Assembly (NCBI GenBank): GCA_963695115.1
Contig: CAVOFX010000002.1
Span: forward strand, 70,964 to 134,963
Source of the DNA: an uncultured Microthrixaceae bacterium
GTDB taxonomy: Bacteria; Actinomycetota; Acidimicrobiia; Acidimicrobiales; CAVOFX01
DNA: 64,000 nucleotides
Direction of reading: 5' to 3'
Part shown: positions 1 through 9,964 of the stretch, one piece after another
How positions within the stretch are numbered: the first letter of the stretch is position 1
Layout of the letters: every line of letters begins with the position of its first letter
The notes under the pieces: generated by a model
What the model was told of the DNA's origin: nothing
Databases searched by the model: none
Seen by the model: the letters and a program-made list of their open reading frames with translations, nothing else
Made by a program: the position numbers and the translations under genes

Positions 1-1166
1 ACGTCGTCCGCGCTCGCGGCGGGCAGCAGCTCGGCGGCCGGTACCGCCTCGATGCGCTCGCCCAGCCGGACGCGCTTGCGGCCCGGGTACACGAGCACGA
101 GAGCCCGGAGCTCGAGGTCGGCTAGAGCCGACAACATCGAGCGGTTGCGGCCAGGCACCGATGCTCGCTTGATCTCGAAGCCCACCGGACCACCGCCGAG
201 CTCGACGTAGAGGTCGAGCTCGGCACCGTCCTGAGTTCGCCAGTACCAGACCGGCCGCGGTGACAGCGCTGCCGAGAGCTGCTCGATCACGAACCCCTCC
301 CAGCTCGCGCCCACCTTGGGGTGACGATGGAGCGCTTCGGCATCGTCGATCCCGAGCAGTCGGTGGAGCAGACCCGAATCGCGCACATAGACCTTGGGTG
401 CCTTCCGTTGGCGCTTGCCGATGTTGGCGAACCACGGTGCCAGCTGGCGGACGACCAGGGCATCGGTCAAGGCATCGAGGTACCGACGGGCCGCCCCTTC
501 GCTGACACCGAGGGCCCTGGCCAGCTCGGCACCGTTCCACGACTGGCCGTGGTAGTGGGCCAGCATCGTCCACGCTCGACGCATGGTGGTGGCTGGTACC
601 CGGGAGCCGAGCTGAGCCAGGTCGCGCTCGAGGAACGTGGCGATGTACTGGTCGCGCCATGAGCGCGAGTCGGACTCGGAACCGGCCGTGAAGGCCGGTG
701 GGAGCCCGCCGCGGGTCCAGAGCCTGTCGGCCCGGCCCGACCCGACGTCGGCAACGGTCAGGCCGCCCAGATCCACCAGCTCGACGCGCCCGGCGAGGCT
801 CTCGGAGGCCAGGCCGACCAGGTCGGGAGACGCGCTGCCGAGCACGAGGAACTGAGTCGGCGCCGGCTCACCAGGCTGGTGGCGATCGACCAGCACTCGC
901 AGCACCGGGAACAGGTCGGGCAGTCGCTGAGCCTCGTCGATCGCGACCAGCCCTCGCGCTCCTTCGAGGGCCAGCATCGGATCGGCGAGTTGGGCCGCGT
1001 CGAGCGGGTCCTCCGCATCGAACCACCGCCCCCGAGGCCCCACGACCCGACGGGCCAGCGTCGTCTTGCCCGCCTGCCGAGGGCCGGTGAGCACGACGAC
1101 GGGTGCGCGCGAGAGGGCGACCTCGAGCCGCCCCTCTGCTGTCCGGCGTCGGATGATTCTGGCCAT
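1..1166 (-). CDS. AAA+ ATPase, DUF4143-type ATP-binding protein (3' end runs off window start)
   Basis: Own translation of the minus strand from the ATG at 1166: [40 protein letters not shown]... Walker A is GPRQAGKTT; later ...[14 protein letters not shown] and ...[15 protein letters not shown]. The frame is open to position 1, so it is absent from the ORF track. Confidence 0.75.
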   Translation of the reverse strand, partial: MARIIRRRTAEGRLEVALSRAPVVVLTGPRQAGKTTLARRVVGPRGRWFDAEDPLDAAQLADPMLALEGARGLVAIDEAQRLPDLFPVLRVLVDRHQPGEPAPTQFLVLGSASPDLVGLASESLAGRVELVDLGGLTVADVGSGRADRLWTRGGLPPAFTAGSESDSRSWRDQYIATFLERDLAQLGSRVPATTMRRAWTMLAHYHGQSWNGAELARALGVSEGAARRYLDALTDALVVRQLAPWFANIGKRQRKAPKVYVRDSGLLHRLLGIDDAEALHRHPKVGASWEGFVIEQLSAALSPRPVWYWRTQDGAELDLYVELGGGPVGFEIKRASVPGRNRSMLSALADLELRALVLVYPGRKRVRLGERIEAVPAAELLPAASADD

Positions 1167-1206
1167 ACCCTGTATTTCCGCTAGTGAATGACGGATATAC
1201 AGGGTA
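1166..1206. promoter_or_regulatory. Inverted repeat TACCCTGTAT-N21-ATACAGGGTA in an AT-richer stretch abutting the ATPase start codon
   Basis: Read directly. The arms are perfect reverse complements (10 bp). The local sequence is much less GC-rich than its surroundings. Confidence 0.4.
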
Positions 1207-1306
1207 ATCTACCGCCGGTGAACGCCTGCGTCAACGTGCTCCGCGTGGCGTGAGAGCCCGACCAGGGCCGTCGCGTGCGCTCGACACCGCTCGACGGTCG
1301 CTGTGA

Positions 1307-2812
1307 TCAGCGGCCGAGCACGCCGAAGTCCACGGCGTGGCCGTACTTGTCGTGGAAGTAGCCGAACACCGGCGCGACCTGAGCGAGCAGGGCCGCATCC
1401 GGCGCCACCGATCGCGGCGAACCCGTTCAGGTAGAGCAGGTTCTTGAAGAACAGCACCAGCTCCTTCGGCAGGCGGATGCCGTGCCTCGACAGCACCCGG
1501 ATGAGCCGACCGATCGCATCCGCCAGCTCGTCCACCCCGGACTCCTCCGAGAGAGAGCCGGGATCCACCTCGCCTCGATCTCGGCGGTGAGGGCGTCGAG
1601 ATCCTGGTCTGCGGGCATCGCGCCGAACGTCACCATCGCCTCGAGCTGAGATCGCACGTCCATCTGAGCGAAGGCGATGAGGAACCGACCGAGGGCCGAG
1701 CGCTGCCGCTCGTCGAGGCGGCCGACGATGCCGAAGTCGACGAGGGAGAACGTACCCGTCGCCGTCGAGCAGGACGTTGCCCGCGTGCAGGTCCCCGTGG
1801 AACACGCCGTAGACGAGCGTGTGCTCCAGCACCCCCTGATCGCCAAGGTGAGGAGGCGCTCCCGCCTCCAGGCCGGCCGGGTCGGCGTTGGCGTAGGAGA
1901 CGCCGGGCAGGCGCTCCATCACCAGGACCCGCTCCGTCACGAGCTCGGGGATCGGTCGGGGGAAGCGCACGTAGTCGGCACCGGCGTGCTCCGCGGTGAT
2001 GCCGAGCTCGACCATGTTCAGCGCCTCGATCCGGAAGTCGAGCTCCTCGAGCACGAGCTGGGCGAACAGGTCGCACGAAGCCCGATACGTTGCCGGTGCG
2101 AGCGACCGCGCTGCACCTTCTCGGCCGCACGCGCAGCGCCCGCCATCGCACGGATGTCGGCCTCGAAGCGCTGGCGCAGCCCGGGACGGCGGATCTTCAC
2201 CACGACCTCGCGACCGTCGTGCAGCACGGCCCGGTGCACCTGGGCGATCGACGCGGCACCGATGGGCTCGTCGTCGAAGTGGGCGAAGAGATCGCGGACG
2301 CCGACCGTCGAACGCCTTGCGCACGATCCGTCGCGGCGTTCGTCGTGGCAGCGCGGGGCACCTCGTCCCGGCACCACTGGAAGGTCTCGACCCACTCGGG
2401 TCGGGAGCAGGCCACCGGAGGTGGCGACGAACTGGCCGAGCTTCACCCACGCGGGGCCTCCCGCCCGAACCAGGTGCTGGAGGTGGCGGATGTTGGCGGA
2501 CTCGTCGTCACGGCGCTGGTCGGCGGGCGTGGCCATGGCGTCGAGCAGGTCGACTGCCACCCGCAGGAGAGCACCTGCCGCCGTGCGACCGATCGCGGTG
2601 AGCATCCTCCGGTCGATGTCGGGACGTGCGAGGTGGCGTGCCTGCCGATCGCGCTCCCGGGATCCCGCCGGTACCTCGACCGCCCAGCGCTGGGCGGCTG
2701 CGGGGAGCCCCGGGATCTCGCCGAGCCAGGGCGAGCTGCGCATCAGCTCGACGGTCGGAGGGATACCGAGGAGCCCGATGTCGAAGAGGGTGGTGGTCTC
2801 CGTCGGAGTCAT
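1307..2812 (-). pseudogene. ABC1/UbiB-family atypical kinase, multiply frameshifted pseudogene
   Basis: Family motifs are scattered over track ORFs in different frames. 2018..2812: WVKLGQFVATSGGLLP; FDDEPIGAASIAQVHRAVLHDGREVVVKIRRPG. 2197..2415: PEWVETFQWCRDEVP. 1209..2450: LEELDFRIEALNMVELG; VFHGDLHAGNVLLDGDG; LPKELVLFFKNLLYLNGFAAI. 1427..1846: FSLVDFGIVGRLDERQRSALGRFLIAF. The C-terminus (...VAPVFGYFHDKYGHAVDFGVLGR*) was found by own translation in a further frame. The pieces are collinear with the intact paralog at 11837..13477. Confidence 0.8.
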
Positions 2813-2927
2813 GTGGAGAGCTCCCTGGGTGGGCCGGCAAGGAAATTACCGTCAGTAATATATCTGCATGCCCTCTTCCGGTCCAGGGATGCCGCGGTTC
2901 CCCAGCCCTCGGAGGAGTGGCCTTACC

Positions 2928-3554
2928 ATGGGTCCGGTGAAGAAGCGGCGCCGCGGCAGGCCTCGCAACGCCCCGAGCCGTGACGTCCGTCGACGCAAGC
3001 TCCTGGACGCCGCGCTGACCGTGATCCGCAGGGACGGGCCGACGACGTCGATGGGTGCGATCGCAGCCGAGGCGGGGGTCACGAAGCCGGTGCTGTACGC
3101 GCACTTCGGTGACAAGGCCGGCCTCTCCGCGGCGATCGCCCGCCACGTCGCGGACGAGCTGGTGGAGAGCATCACGGGCACGCTCGCCGAAGCCAGCGAC
3201 CTGCCGGGCACGATCCGGGCGTCGGTGGAGGCGTTCGTCGACTTCGTGGAGGCCGATCCGGAGCTCTTCTCCTTCCTGCTGTACCCATCGGGGGGTCGCT
3301 CGCCCGACGAGGACCTGCGGTCGCTCATCGAGACCCTGGCCGGGAGGATCGAGGCGAACCTCGGCCCGGAGGATGCTGCGTCGGGGGTGCCGCCTCCGGT
3401 GGCGCTGCGGATCAGGGCTGTGCTGGGGCTGGCCTACACATCAGTCGACTGGTGGATCCGCGATGGCCGGGAATCGATGGGGCGCGACGAGCTCGTGGAG
3501 ACGCTCACCGCGCTGGCGGTCTCAGTCTTCGCGGAGACCGGGCTGGTGGTGTGA
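2928..3554 (+). CDS. TetR/AcrR family transcriptional regulator
   Basis: Track ORF 2868..3554 trimmed to the internal ATG. The N-terminal HTH is RRRKLLDAALTVIRRDGPTTSMGAIAAEAGVTKPVLYAHFGDKAGL. Divergent from the ABC1 pseudogene. Confidence 0.85.
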   Translation: MGPVKKRRRGRPRNAPSRDVRRRKLLDAALTVIRRDGPTTSMGAIAAEAGVTKPVLYAHFGDKAGLSAAIARHVADELVESITGTLAEASDLPGTIRASVEAFVDFVEADPELFSFLLYPSGGRSPDEDLRSLIETLAGRIEANLGPEDAASGVPPPVALRIRAVLGLAYTSVDWWIRDGRESMGRDELVETLTALAVSVFAETGLVV

Positions 3555-3579
3555 GACGCCGGCGGCCCGGTCCCAGCGG

Positions 3580-4545
3580 CTACGCGAGGGCGCCGATCTT
3601 CGTCAGCGTCGCGGTGGCCTCGTCCATGAGCTCGGCAACGACCTCCGCGGCGGGCGTGAGCCCGTTGATCGCCCCCACGCCCTGCCCTGCCGGGAAGAAC
3701 TCGATCGACGGATCGATGTCGGGAGCGTCGGCAGGCGCGCCGAGGTGGTTGGCTCCGTCGCTGAAGGAGCGGACGAACTGTGCGGGGAACGGCAGGAGCT
3801 CCTCCGGGCTCTCCTCCCACTGGCGCGTGTAGTCGTTGGCGACCACCCGACAGGTCTTGCCCGTGTAGCCACGGGAGATGGTGGTGCCGTCCTCGCCGGT
3901 GGCGAGCAGCTTCTCCTTGTAGCCGGAGACGGTGTGCGCCTCGGGGGTCGCGATGAACCTCGTACCGACCCAGACGCCCTCCGCCCCGAGCACGAGCGCG
4001 GCGGCCAGCCCCCGCCCGTCGAATATCCCGCCGGCCGCCACCACCGGCACACGGTCACCGACGGCATCCACCACCTGCGGCACGAGCGCCATCGTGGCCA
4101 CGAGCCCGGTGTGGCCCCCCGCCTCGGTTCCCTGGGCGATGACGATGTCGCAGCCGGCCTCGACCGCGGCGACGGCGTGACGGACCTTGCCGCAGATGTT
4201 GACGACCAAGCGGTTGTTCTCGTGGCACAGCTCGATGACGTCGCGCGGCACCCCGAGACCTGCGACGAAGGCAGAGGCCCCGTTCTGGATGATGAGCTCG
4301 ACCTGTGCGGTCATGTCGCCGGGAGCAGCGGTGAGCAGGTCGACGCCGAAGGGCTTGTCGGTCGCGGCGCGCACCTCGTTCATCTCCTCCACCATCTGCT
4401 CGGGTGACATGGTCGATGCCCCGAGGCATCCGTAGCCACCGGCGGCCGACACAGCGGATACGAGAGCGCTGTAGGAGACGCCTCCCATGCCGGCGAGCAT
4501 GACGGGGTGCTCGATCTCGAGCATCTCGGTGATTCTGGTCTGCAT
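3580..4545 (-). CDS. NMO-family FMN oxidoreductase (nitronate monooxygenase / 2-nitropropane dioxygenase-like)
   Basis: Tail of track ORF 3580..5232 from MQTRITEMLEIEHPVMLAGMGGVS. Motifs IAQGTEAGGHTG and VVAAGGIFDGRGLAAALVLGAEGVWVGTRF. A GGAGGAA Shine-Dalgarno sequence precedes the ATG. Confidence 0.85.
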   Translation of the reverse strand: MQTRITEMLEIEHPVMLAGMGGVSYSALVSAVSAAGGYGCLGASTMSPEQMVEEMNEVRAATDKPFGVDLLTAAPGDMTAQVELIIQNGASAFVAGLGVPRDVIELCHENNRLVVNICGKVRHAVAAVEAGCDIVIAQGTEAGGHTGLVATMALVPQVVDAVGDRVPVVAAGGIFDGRGLAAALVLGAEGVWVGTRFIATPEAHTVSGYKEKLLATGEDGTTISRGYTGKTCRVVANDYTRQWEESPEELLPFPAQFVRSFSDGANHLGAPADAPDIDPSIEFFPAGQGVGAINGLTPAAEVVAELMDEATATLTKIGALA

Positions 4546-4985
4546 CACGTTCCTCCGAGTCGGTAGGTCTGGACGGCATGGGCGACCACCTTGCCTTCGG
4601 CATCGGTGGCTTCGATCTCGGTGAAGACCAGGTCCTTCCCGCGCTTCACGGTCCGCGCGTGGCAGAGGAGGTCCGAGGCGCGGCAGGCGCCGACGAACTG
4701 CACCGACATGCTCACCGTCGACGCACGGGTGCCCTTGGAGAAGTCGTGGTTCGACCAAGCCGCGGCCGCTCCCGCGCTGTCGATCACCGAGCTCACGACG
4801 CCGCCGTGGTAGAAGACGCCGTCGTTGGTGAGCTCCTCGCGGAACGGGAGCCGCAGGGTCACCTCGTCGGGCTCGTAGCGATCGAAGGCGAGGCCGAGCC
4901 AGCTCATGAACGGGGTGGAGAGGAAGATCTCTGCCACCGCCGCACGGCGTCGCTGCTGTTCGTCCTCGCTGAGCCCGTCGGCCAT
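4545..4985 (-). CDS. PaaI-family hotdog-fold thioesterase
   Basis: Tail of track ORF 4545..5612 from MADGLSEDEQ. Core is NDGVFYHGGVVSSVIDSAGAAAAW...VSMSVQFVGA. Its stop overlaps the NMO start by 1 nt (TGATG), suggesting coupling. Confidence 0.8.
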   Translation of the reverse strand: MADGLSEDEQQRRRAAVAEIFLSTPFMSWLGLAFDRYEPDEVTLRLPFREELTNDGVFYHGGVVSSVIDSAGAAAAWSNHDFSKGTRASTVSMSVQFVGACRASDLLCHARTVKRGKDLVFTEIEATDAEGKVVAHAVQTYRLGGT

Positions 4986-5021
4986 GTGGCGAAAACTCGA
5001 CCGATCGGTCAAGATACGTCC

Positions 5022-6284
5022 ATGCGCTGGCAGATCGACGACACCCCTGAGCAGGCCCGCTTCCGCTCCGGCTTCCGTGAGTGGCTCGCCACCGCCCTCC
5101 CATCCGACTGGATCGAGGCGATCGACACCGGCGACGACGAGGCCTTCGCCGCCGCCCGGAGGAAGGCCGAGAGCGACGGGTGGAACCCCTTCTACTGGAG
5201 CAGCGTGATAGGTGCGAGCGGGTACGCGGCACCTCTGTGGCCGACCGAGTACGGAGGCCTCGCGGCGGAGACCTGGGCCGTGCGGGTCGTCCGCGAGGAG
5301 CTCGAGCGCTACCGGCTCCCCACCATCGCCGCGAACCTGCTCGGTGTCGGGCTGGCCGGGCCCACCCTCGTCGAGCACGGCACCGACGCCCAGAACCATC
5401 GGTACCTTCGCAAGATCCTCACCGGGGAGGAGATCTGGTGCCAGCTGTTCAGCGAGCCCGGGTCCGGATCCGATCTGGCGTCGCTCGGCACGCGGGCCGT
5501 GCGCGACGGCGACGAGTGGGTGGTGAACGGTCAGAAGGTGTGGACCTCGATCGCACAGCTCTCGCAGTTCGGGATGCTGGTCGCGCGCACCGACCCTGAT
5601 GTGCCGAAGCACGGGGGGCTCACCTACTTCATCCTCGACATGAGCTCACCGGGGGTGGAGATCAGGCCGCTGCGCCAGATCACCGGGTCGGCGGAGTTCA
5701 ACGAGGTCTACCTCACCGATGTCCGGATCCCCGACGAGAACCGGGTGGGTGCGGTCGGCGACGGTTGGCACGTGGCGCGCACGACCCTGATGAACGAGCG
5801 GGTGACGCTGTCGGGGGTTTCGCTGGACGCGGTGGCGTTCACCGGCGGGGTGCGCAAGGACCCGTGGGAGAGCTTCCTCGAGTCGGTTCCGGACCGCTCC
5901 GACCCCACGACACGACAGGGCCTGGCCCAGCTCTACATCGAGCAGCAGGTGAAGGAGCTGACGGCGTTCCGGGCCGCACTGACCCGGCAGCGGAGCGCAC
6001 AACCCGGGCCCGAGGGATCGATCGGCAAGGTCTTCAACGCGGAGTACAACAAGCGGCGCAGCTCGTGGCTGGTGGGCCAGCGCGGGATGGCCGGTGTGGC
6101 CTGGGAGCCGGGCGACAGCGACGCGGAGGCCAAGGCCCACTCGTTCCTCCGGGCGCGTGCCAACTCGATCGAGGGCGGCACATCGGAGATCCTGCGCAAC
6201 CAGATCGGCGAGCGGGTCCTCGGGCTGCCGCGCGAGCCCGAGCCCGAGAAGGACCTCGCCTGGAAGGACATCCGCCGCAACTGA
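5022..6284 (+). CDS. acyl-CoA dehydrogenase family protein
   Basis: Track ORF 4578..6284 trimmed to MRWQIDDTPEQARF. Motifs WCQLFSEPGSGSDLASL, NGQKVWTS and C-terminal IEGGTSEILRNQIGERVLGLPRE. Confidence 0.9.
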   Translation: MRWQIDDTPEQARFRSGFREWLATALPSDWIEAIDTGDDEAFAAARRKAESDGWNPFYWSSVIGASGYAAPLWPTEYGGLAAETWAVRVVREELERYRLPTIAANLLGVGLAGPTLVEHGTDAQNHRYLRKILTGEEIWCQLFSEPGSGSDLASLGTRAVRDGDEWVVNGQKVWTSIAQLSQFGMLVARTDPDVPKHGGLTYFILDMSSPGVEIRPLRQITGSAEFNEVYLTDVRIPDENRVGAVGDGWHVARTTLMNERVTLSGVSLDAVAFTGGVRKDPWESFLESVPDRSDPTTRQGLAQLYIEQQVKELTAFRAALTRQRSAQPGPEGSIGKVFNAEYNKRRSSWLVGQRGMAGVAWEPGDSDAEAKAHSFLRARANSIEGGTSEILRNQIGERVLGLPREPEPEKDLAWKDIRRN

Positions 6285-6331
6285 GCGCGTGATCGCCGGG
6301 GTCACGGGCCCGGGCGGGCCATGATGGGCGG

Positions 6332-6868
6332 GTGCGCCGTCTGCTGCTGATCGGGATCCTCCTGACGGTGGCCACGCTGGTGGCCGGTGTGCCCGCGGGT
6401 CGGATGCCGGACTGCGCGACGGGGGGCGTAGTGGAGCTCAAGCTGGCCCGCACCGAGTCGCGAGCGGTGGAGCTGCTGGGCGGCTGCGACGAGGCCGGGC
6501 TCGAGGAGGTCCGCACCGGCCTTCGCTTCGACAGCCTCATCTACATCCCCGCGTACGTGCTCACCGTGTCGTACTGGAGCGTCGTCGGGGCCCGCCGCCT
6601 GGAGTGGTCGACGACGCTGCGGCGCCGTCTCGTGGCAGCCGCCGCCCCGTTGGTGGTGATCGCCGGGGTGTTCGACCTGATCGAGAACCACCACCTCGGC
6701 ACCGTCGTCGACGCGGCCGGGTCCAGCCCGGCCATAGCGGATGCCTTCGCGGCAAGCGTCGCCAAGTGGATCCTGGCCGTCTACTCGCTGACGGTGGCCG
6801 TCGTGGTGCTGGTGCGCGTCGCCCGTGCAGCCCGAGGGGCGGGTGAGGGCGCCGGCGGCGCCCGGTGA
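6332..6868 (+). CDS. hypothetical membrane protein
   Basis: Track ORF of 178 aa with several hydrophobic segments (LLLIGILLTVATLVAGV; LIYIPAYVLTVSYWSVV; AAAPLVVIAGVFDLI; ILAVYSLTVAVVVLV). No recognised domain. Confidence 0.5.
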   Translation: MRRLLLIGILLTVATLVAGVPAGRMPDCATGGVVELKLARTESRAVELLGGCDEAGLEEVRTGLRFDSLIYIPAYVLTVSYWSVVGARRLEWSTTLRRRLVAAAAPLVVIAGVFDLIENHHLGTVVDAAGSSPAIADAFAASVAKWILAVYSLTVAVVVLVRVARAARGAGEGAGGAR

Positions 6869-6886
6869 CGCGGGCCGTCTCCGGGA

Positions 6887-8138
6887 TCAGGTCGGATCGC
6901 GGTAGGCACCCGGGCCGGTGAACATCCCACGGTGCCACCGCCACGGCGTGGCGATCATCGCCCTCGGGTAGTCCTCCCACAGCCAGCGGGCGAAGTTCCG
7001 GCGCGACCAGTCGCTGCGGTCGACGACCCAGAGCGGGAAGCGGGTCCCCTTGCGGTGCTGGAGAGCACGGAGCAGCAGCATCGACATCCGGTAGTCGGGG
7101 AGCAGGTTCCAGCGCACGCGTCGCTCGTACGAGGAGCGCGCGACCTCGGGGCGGGTGGCTCCGGCGCCGAGCACGGCCTCCGCCGCCCACACGCCCGTCT
7201 CCAGCGCCTGCCCGATGCCCTCACCGGTCATCGGGTCCGGTGCCGCTGCCGCGTCACCGACCCAGAGGGCGCGGCCGAGCGTGAGCCTGGCCCGGTCGAT
7301 CCTCGACGGTATGGGCCACGCCCTGTGCGGGCCCTCGGGCCGGGCGGCGGACCCCAGCACCTCCGAGACGTGGGTCCGCTCCAGGATCTCCGGCCACAGC
7401 CACCTCATGTCCGACACCCGGTAGCCGCTGTGCCCGCCGCGGCCGCGGAGGATGCCGAACCCGACGTTCGCCTCCCCCTGCCCGACCGGGAACGACCAGG
7501 CGTAGCCGGGGAGGAAGTCGGGCTCGAACCAGACCGTGAGCTCGCGCGAGGCGCGGTCGGCCACGCCGGTGTAGTACTGACGGAACGCGTGCCACTCGCC
7601 CAGGTAGCCGGGTGGGTGCTCGGCGCCGAGCATCTTGCGGGTGGGCGACCACGCGCCGTCGGCCGCGATGAGGTACCGCGCCTCGATCCGGAGACCGCCG
7701 GTCCCTTCCACCAGGACCCTGTCCGGATCCTGGTCGTGCGTTGTCGCATGCGACCCCCTCGCGCACCTCGGCTCCGGCCCGACGGGCGACGTCGAGGAAG
7801 GCGGCGTCGAGCTCGGCCCGGCGTGCCACCGCCGCGTACACGCCCCGGCCGCGGGGCAGCGGCAGCCGCACCCAGCGACCGGAGGGTGAGCGGAGCGAGA
7901 AGTCCTCGACGGTCCTCCAGGACGGCACGCCGGCCGGGTCGAGGCCGAGCCGCTCGTAGCCGCGGAGCGCCAGCGTCGTCAGGCCGTCGCCGCAGGCCTT
8001 GTCGCGGGGGAAGGCGGCCCGGTCGACGAGCACGACCCGGCGGCCTCCACGCGCCACCGTGATCGCAGCAGCTGCACCCGCCGGGCCACCACCCACCACG
8101 ACCACGTCGGCTGCGAGCGTGGCTGCGGCACCGCTCAA
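6887..8138 (-). pseudogene. geranylgeranyl-reductase-family FAD-dependent oxidoreductase, one apparent frameshift near 7750-7757
   Basis: The N-terminal part is in the frame of track ORF 7254..8942 (LSGAAATLAADVVVVGGGPAGAAAAITVARGGRRVVLVDRAAFPRDKACGDGL...AEVREG). The rest is track ORF 6887..7711 (...RVLVEGTGGLRIEARYLIAADGAWSPTRKML...WVGDAAAAPDPMTGEGIGQALETG). Removing one base from a C5 run (plus strand) restores ...AEVREGSHATTHDQDPDRVLVEGTGG. The likely TTG start at 8138 overlaps the upstream gene's stop. Confidence 0.8.
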
Positions 8139-9843
8139 CAGAGCACGCCCTCGCCCGGCTGGTACACGCCGTGGAAGCTGTCCTTCACCTCGAGCGGGTC
8201 GGTGCCGGCCGTCGGCGGAGCCCCTCGGATGCGCTCGGCCTCCTCGGCGGAGAGGAAGATCCGGGTCCGCTCCGTCGACACCTCGCGTGCAGCCGTTCGC
8301 CACAGGCGAGGTCTGCTGGCCGGTCTGGTCGGCGGTGACCCACTTGGTGGACCAGAGGGTCACGGTGATGCTCGTCTCGGTGTAGGTGGGCCAGATGAGG
8401 ATCCCGTAGGGGCTGACGTTGCGGATCTTCAGGTCCGGGTCGGGGAAGGAGATGGTCGCCTCGCGACCGTAGGGGTAGCGGGAGATGTAGATGGTGTGCA
8501 TCTGGTACTCGGGGAACTCGAGGCCGGCGAAGAAGCCGGCGTTGAAGGTCGTCGTGGCGAACTGCGACACGCCGCCACCGACGTCCTCGACGTAGCTGCC
8601 GTTGAAGATGGCACCTGCCTCGACGAAGCCCTTCTCGGGCGTGCGTTCGCCGACGTATCCGTTCACCGAGAACGTCTCGCCGGGCAGGATGACCGCCCCG
8701 CGGATCAGGTCGGCGATGCGGTGGATGTTGCTCACCCGCGGCTCGCAGCACCCGTGGTTGGTGGTGAAGGAGGCGACGGGCTCGACGATCCCGAACGCCT
8801 CGGCCTGCTCGGTGGTGAGCGCGGGCGACAGCACCTTCAGCTCGAGCGTCACCGATCCCGCCCCCGCCTCCAGCGCCTCGTGCACCCGTCGGGCCGACGC
8901 GTCCATGCAGCAGGCCTGGCCGTCCTGGCTCGGCTGGAGCACGACGCCGAGGCCGATGGCGAACGACGCGTCGACGGGTTCGCGACGGAGCCCGCCGAAG
9001 CTGGCGGTGAGCCACTCGCCGACCCTGCCTTCTCGGAGGCGGAGCGCAGAGCGCCTCTCCGGTGGTGACGGGCTCGTAGAAGCTTCGCAGCACGGGGGGA
9101 TCTGCCCGGACCGTCTGGTCCTGGACGGTGACGTCCAACGGCGACGACGTGAGGCGCTCCGCGTCGGCCGCCAGCTGCTCCGCGTCGCCGTCGGGGAAGC
9201 GGGGCCGGCGAGGCTCCGCGCGGAGCTCGAGGCCGATCGGATCGTCCGGAGCCCCCGATGAACGGAGCTCCTCTGCCAGGGCAGCGGCGATCATCTCCTC
9301 GTCGAGCACCTCGCCGGCGTGCCCTCCCACCACCTGCCAGCCATCGTCGGTCGCCTCGATGGTCGGCTCGGCGGGTGCCGCTGTGTTCGCCGACGCGATC
9401 TCGGCCGCCTCGAGCGCCACCACGGCACGGTTGACGCGGTAGGTGACGGGCGCCTCGCGGCTGCCGAGCACGGCGCCGACCCAGCTCCACGGGCGGGCGA
9501 CGATCGGTTCGTCCCGGCCGGTCGCCATGGCGTCGTCGGCGGTGGCCTCCACGTCGAGGGTGACACCCAGTGAGCCGGCGGTGGTCTCCAGGGTTCCCTC
9601 CGGTGTGGTGACGGTGACCGGCCGCCGGCCGGCCTCGACCGCCACGCCCGAGAGGACGGCTTCGAGGTCCTCCCGGCCGAGGCCCGACACGTCGCGCCCA
9701 CCGACCGTCACCCCGCGGGCCACCTCGTCGTCGGTGAGCAGGCCGTCCATCGCCCACGCCGCCACGACGACGAGGATCGCTCCCAGCGGTACGAGCACGG
9801 CGATCAACCAGGTGCGCCGGCTGCGTAGGAAGCCCTCAGCCAC
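8135..9843 (-). pseudogene. VanW-family protein with N-terminal membrane anchor, two apparent frameshifts (about 9050-9057 and 8278-8290)
   Basis: The N-terminus is in track ORF 8185..9843 (MAEGFLRSRRTWLIAVLVPLGAILVVVAAW...FYEPVTTGE). The VanW core is in the frame of ORF 7254..8942 (IADLIRGAVILPGETFSVNGYVGERTPEKGFVEAGAI...GGGVSQFATTTFNAGFFAGLE...ISRYPYGREATISFPDPDLKIRN). The C-terminus in a third frame comes from own translation (EVSTERTRIFLSAEEAERIRGAPPTAGTDPLEVKDSFHGVYQPGEGVLC*). Confidence 0.75.
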
Positions 9844-9882
9844 GCCGAAACCCTCGCACGCGGCCGCTGCGGTTTGAAATCA

Positions 9883-9890
9883 CCCCCCCC
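9883..9890. repeat. C8 homopolymer tract in the divergent VanW/SDR intergenic region
   Basis: Read directly. Confirmed by track ORF 9874..10914 (M K S P P P = ttg aaa tca ccc ccc ccg). Confidence 0.9.
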
Positions 9891-9964
9891 GGCGGGCAAC
9901 GCTCGCGGCTCACACGGACGGGGCCGGCGCACGGCGTCGGCAGCCCACGGATGGGGGTTAGAGG

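Noticed and set aside
2845-2859. ATTAC-N5-GTAAT inverted repeat in the AT-richer TetR/ABC1 divergent region as the TetR operator
   Set aside because: The arms are only 5 bp. It is a plausible location but statistically weak, so it is not listed as a feature.
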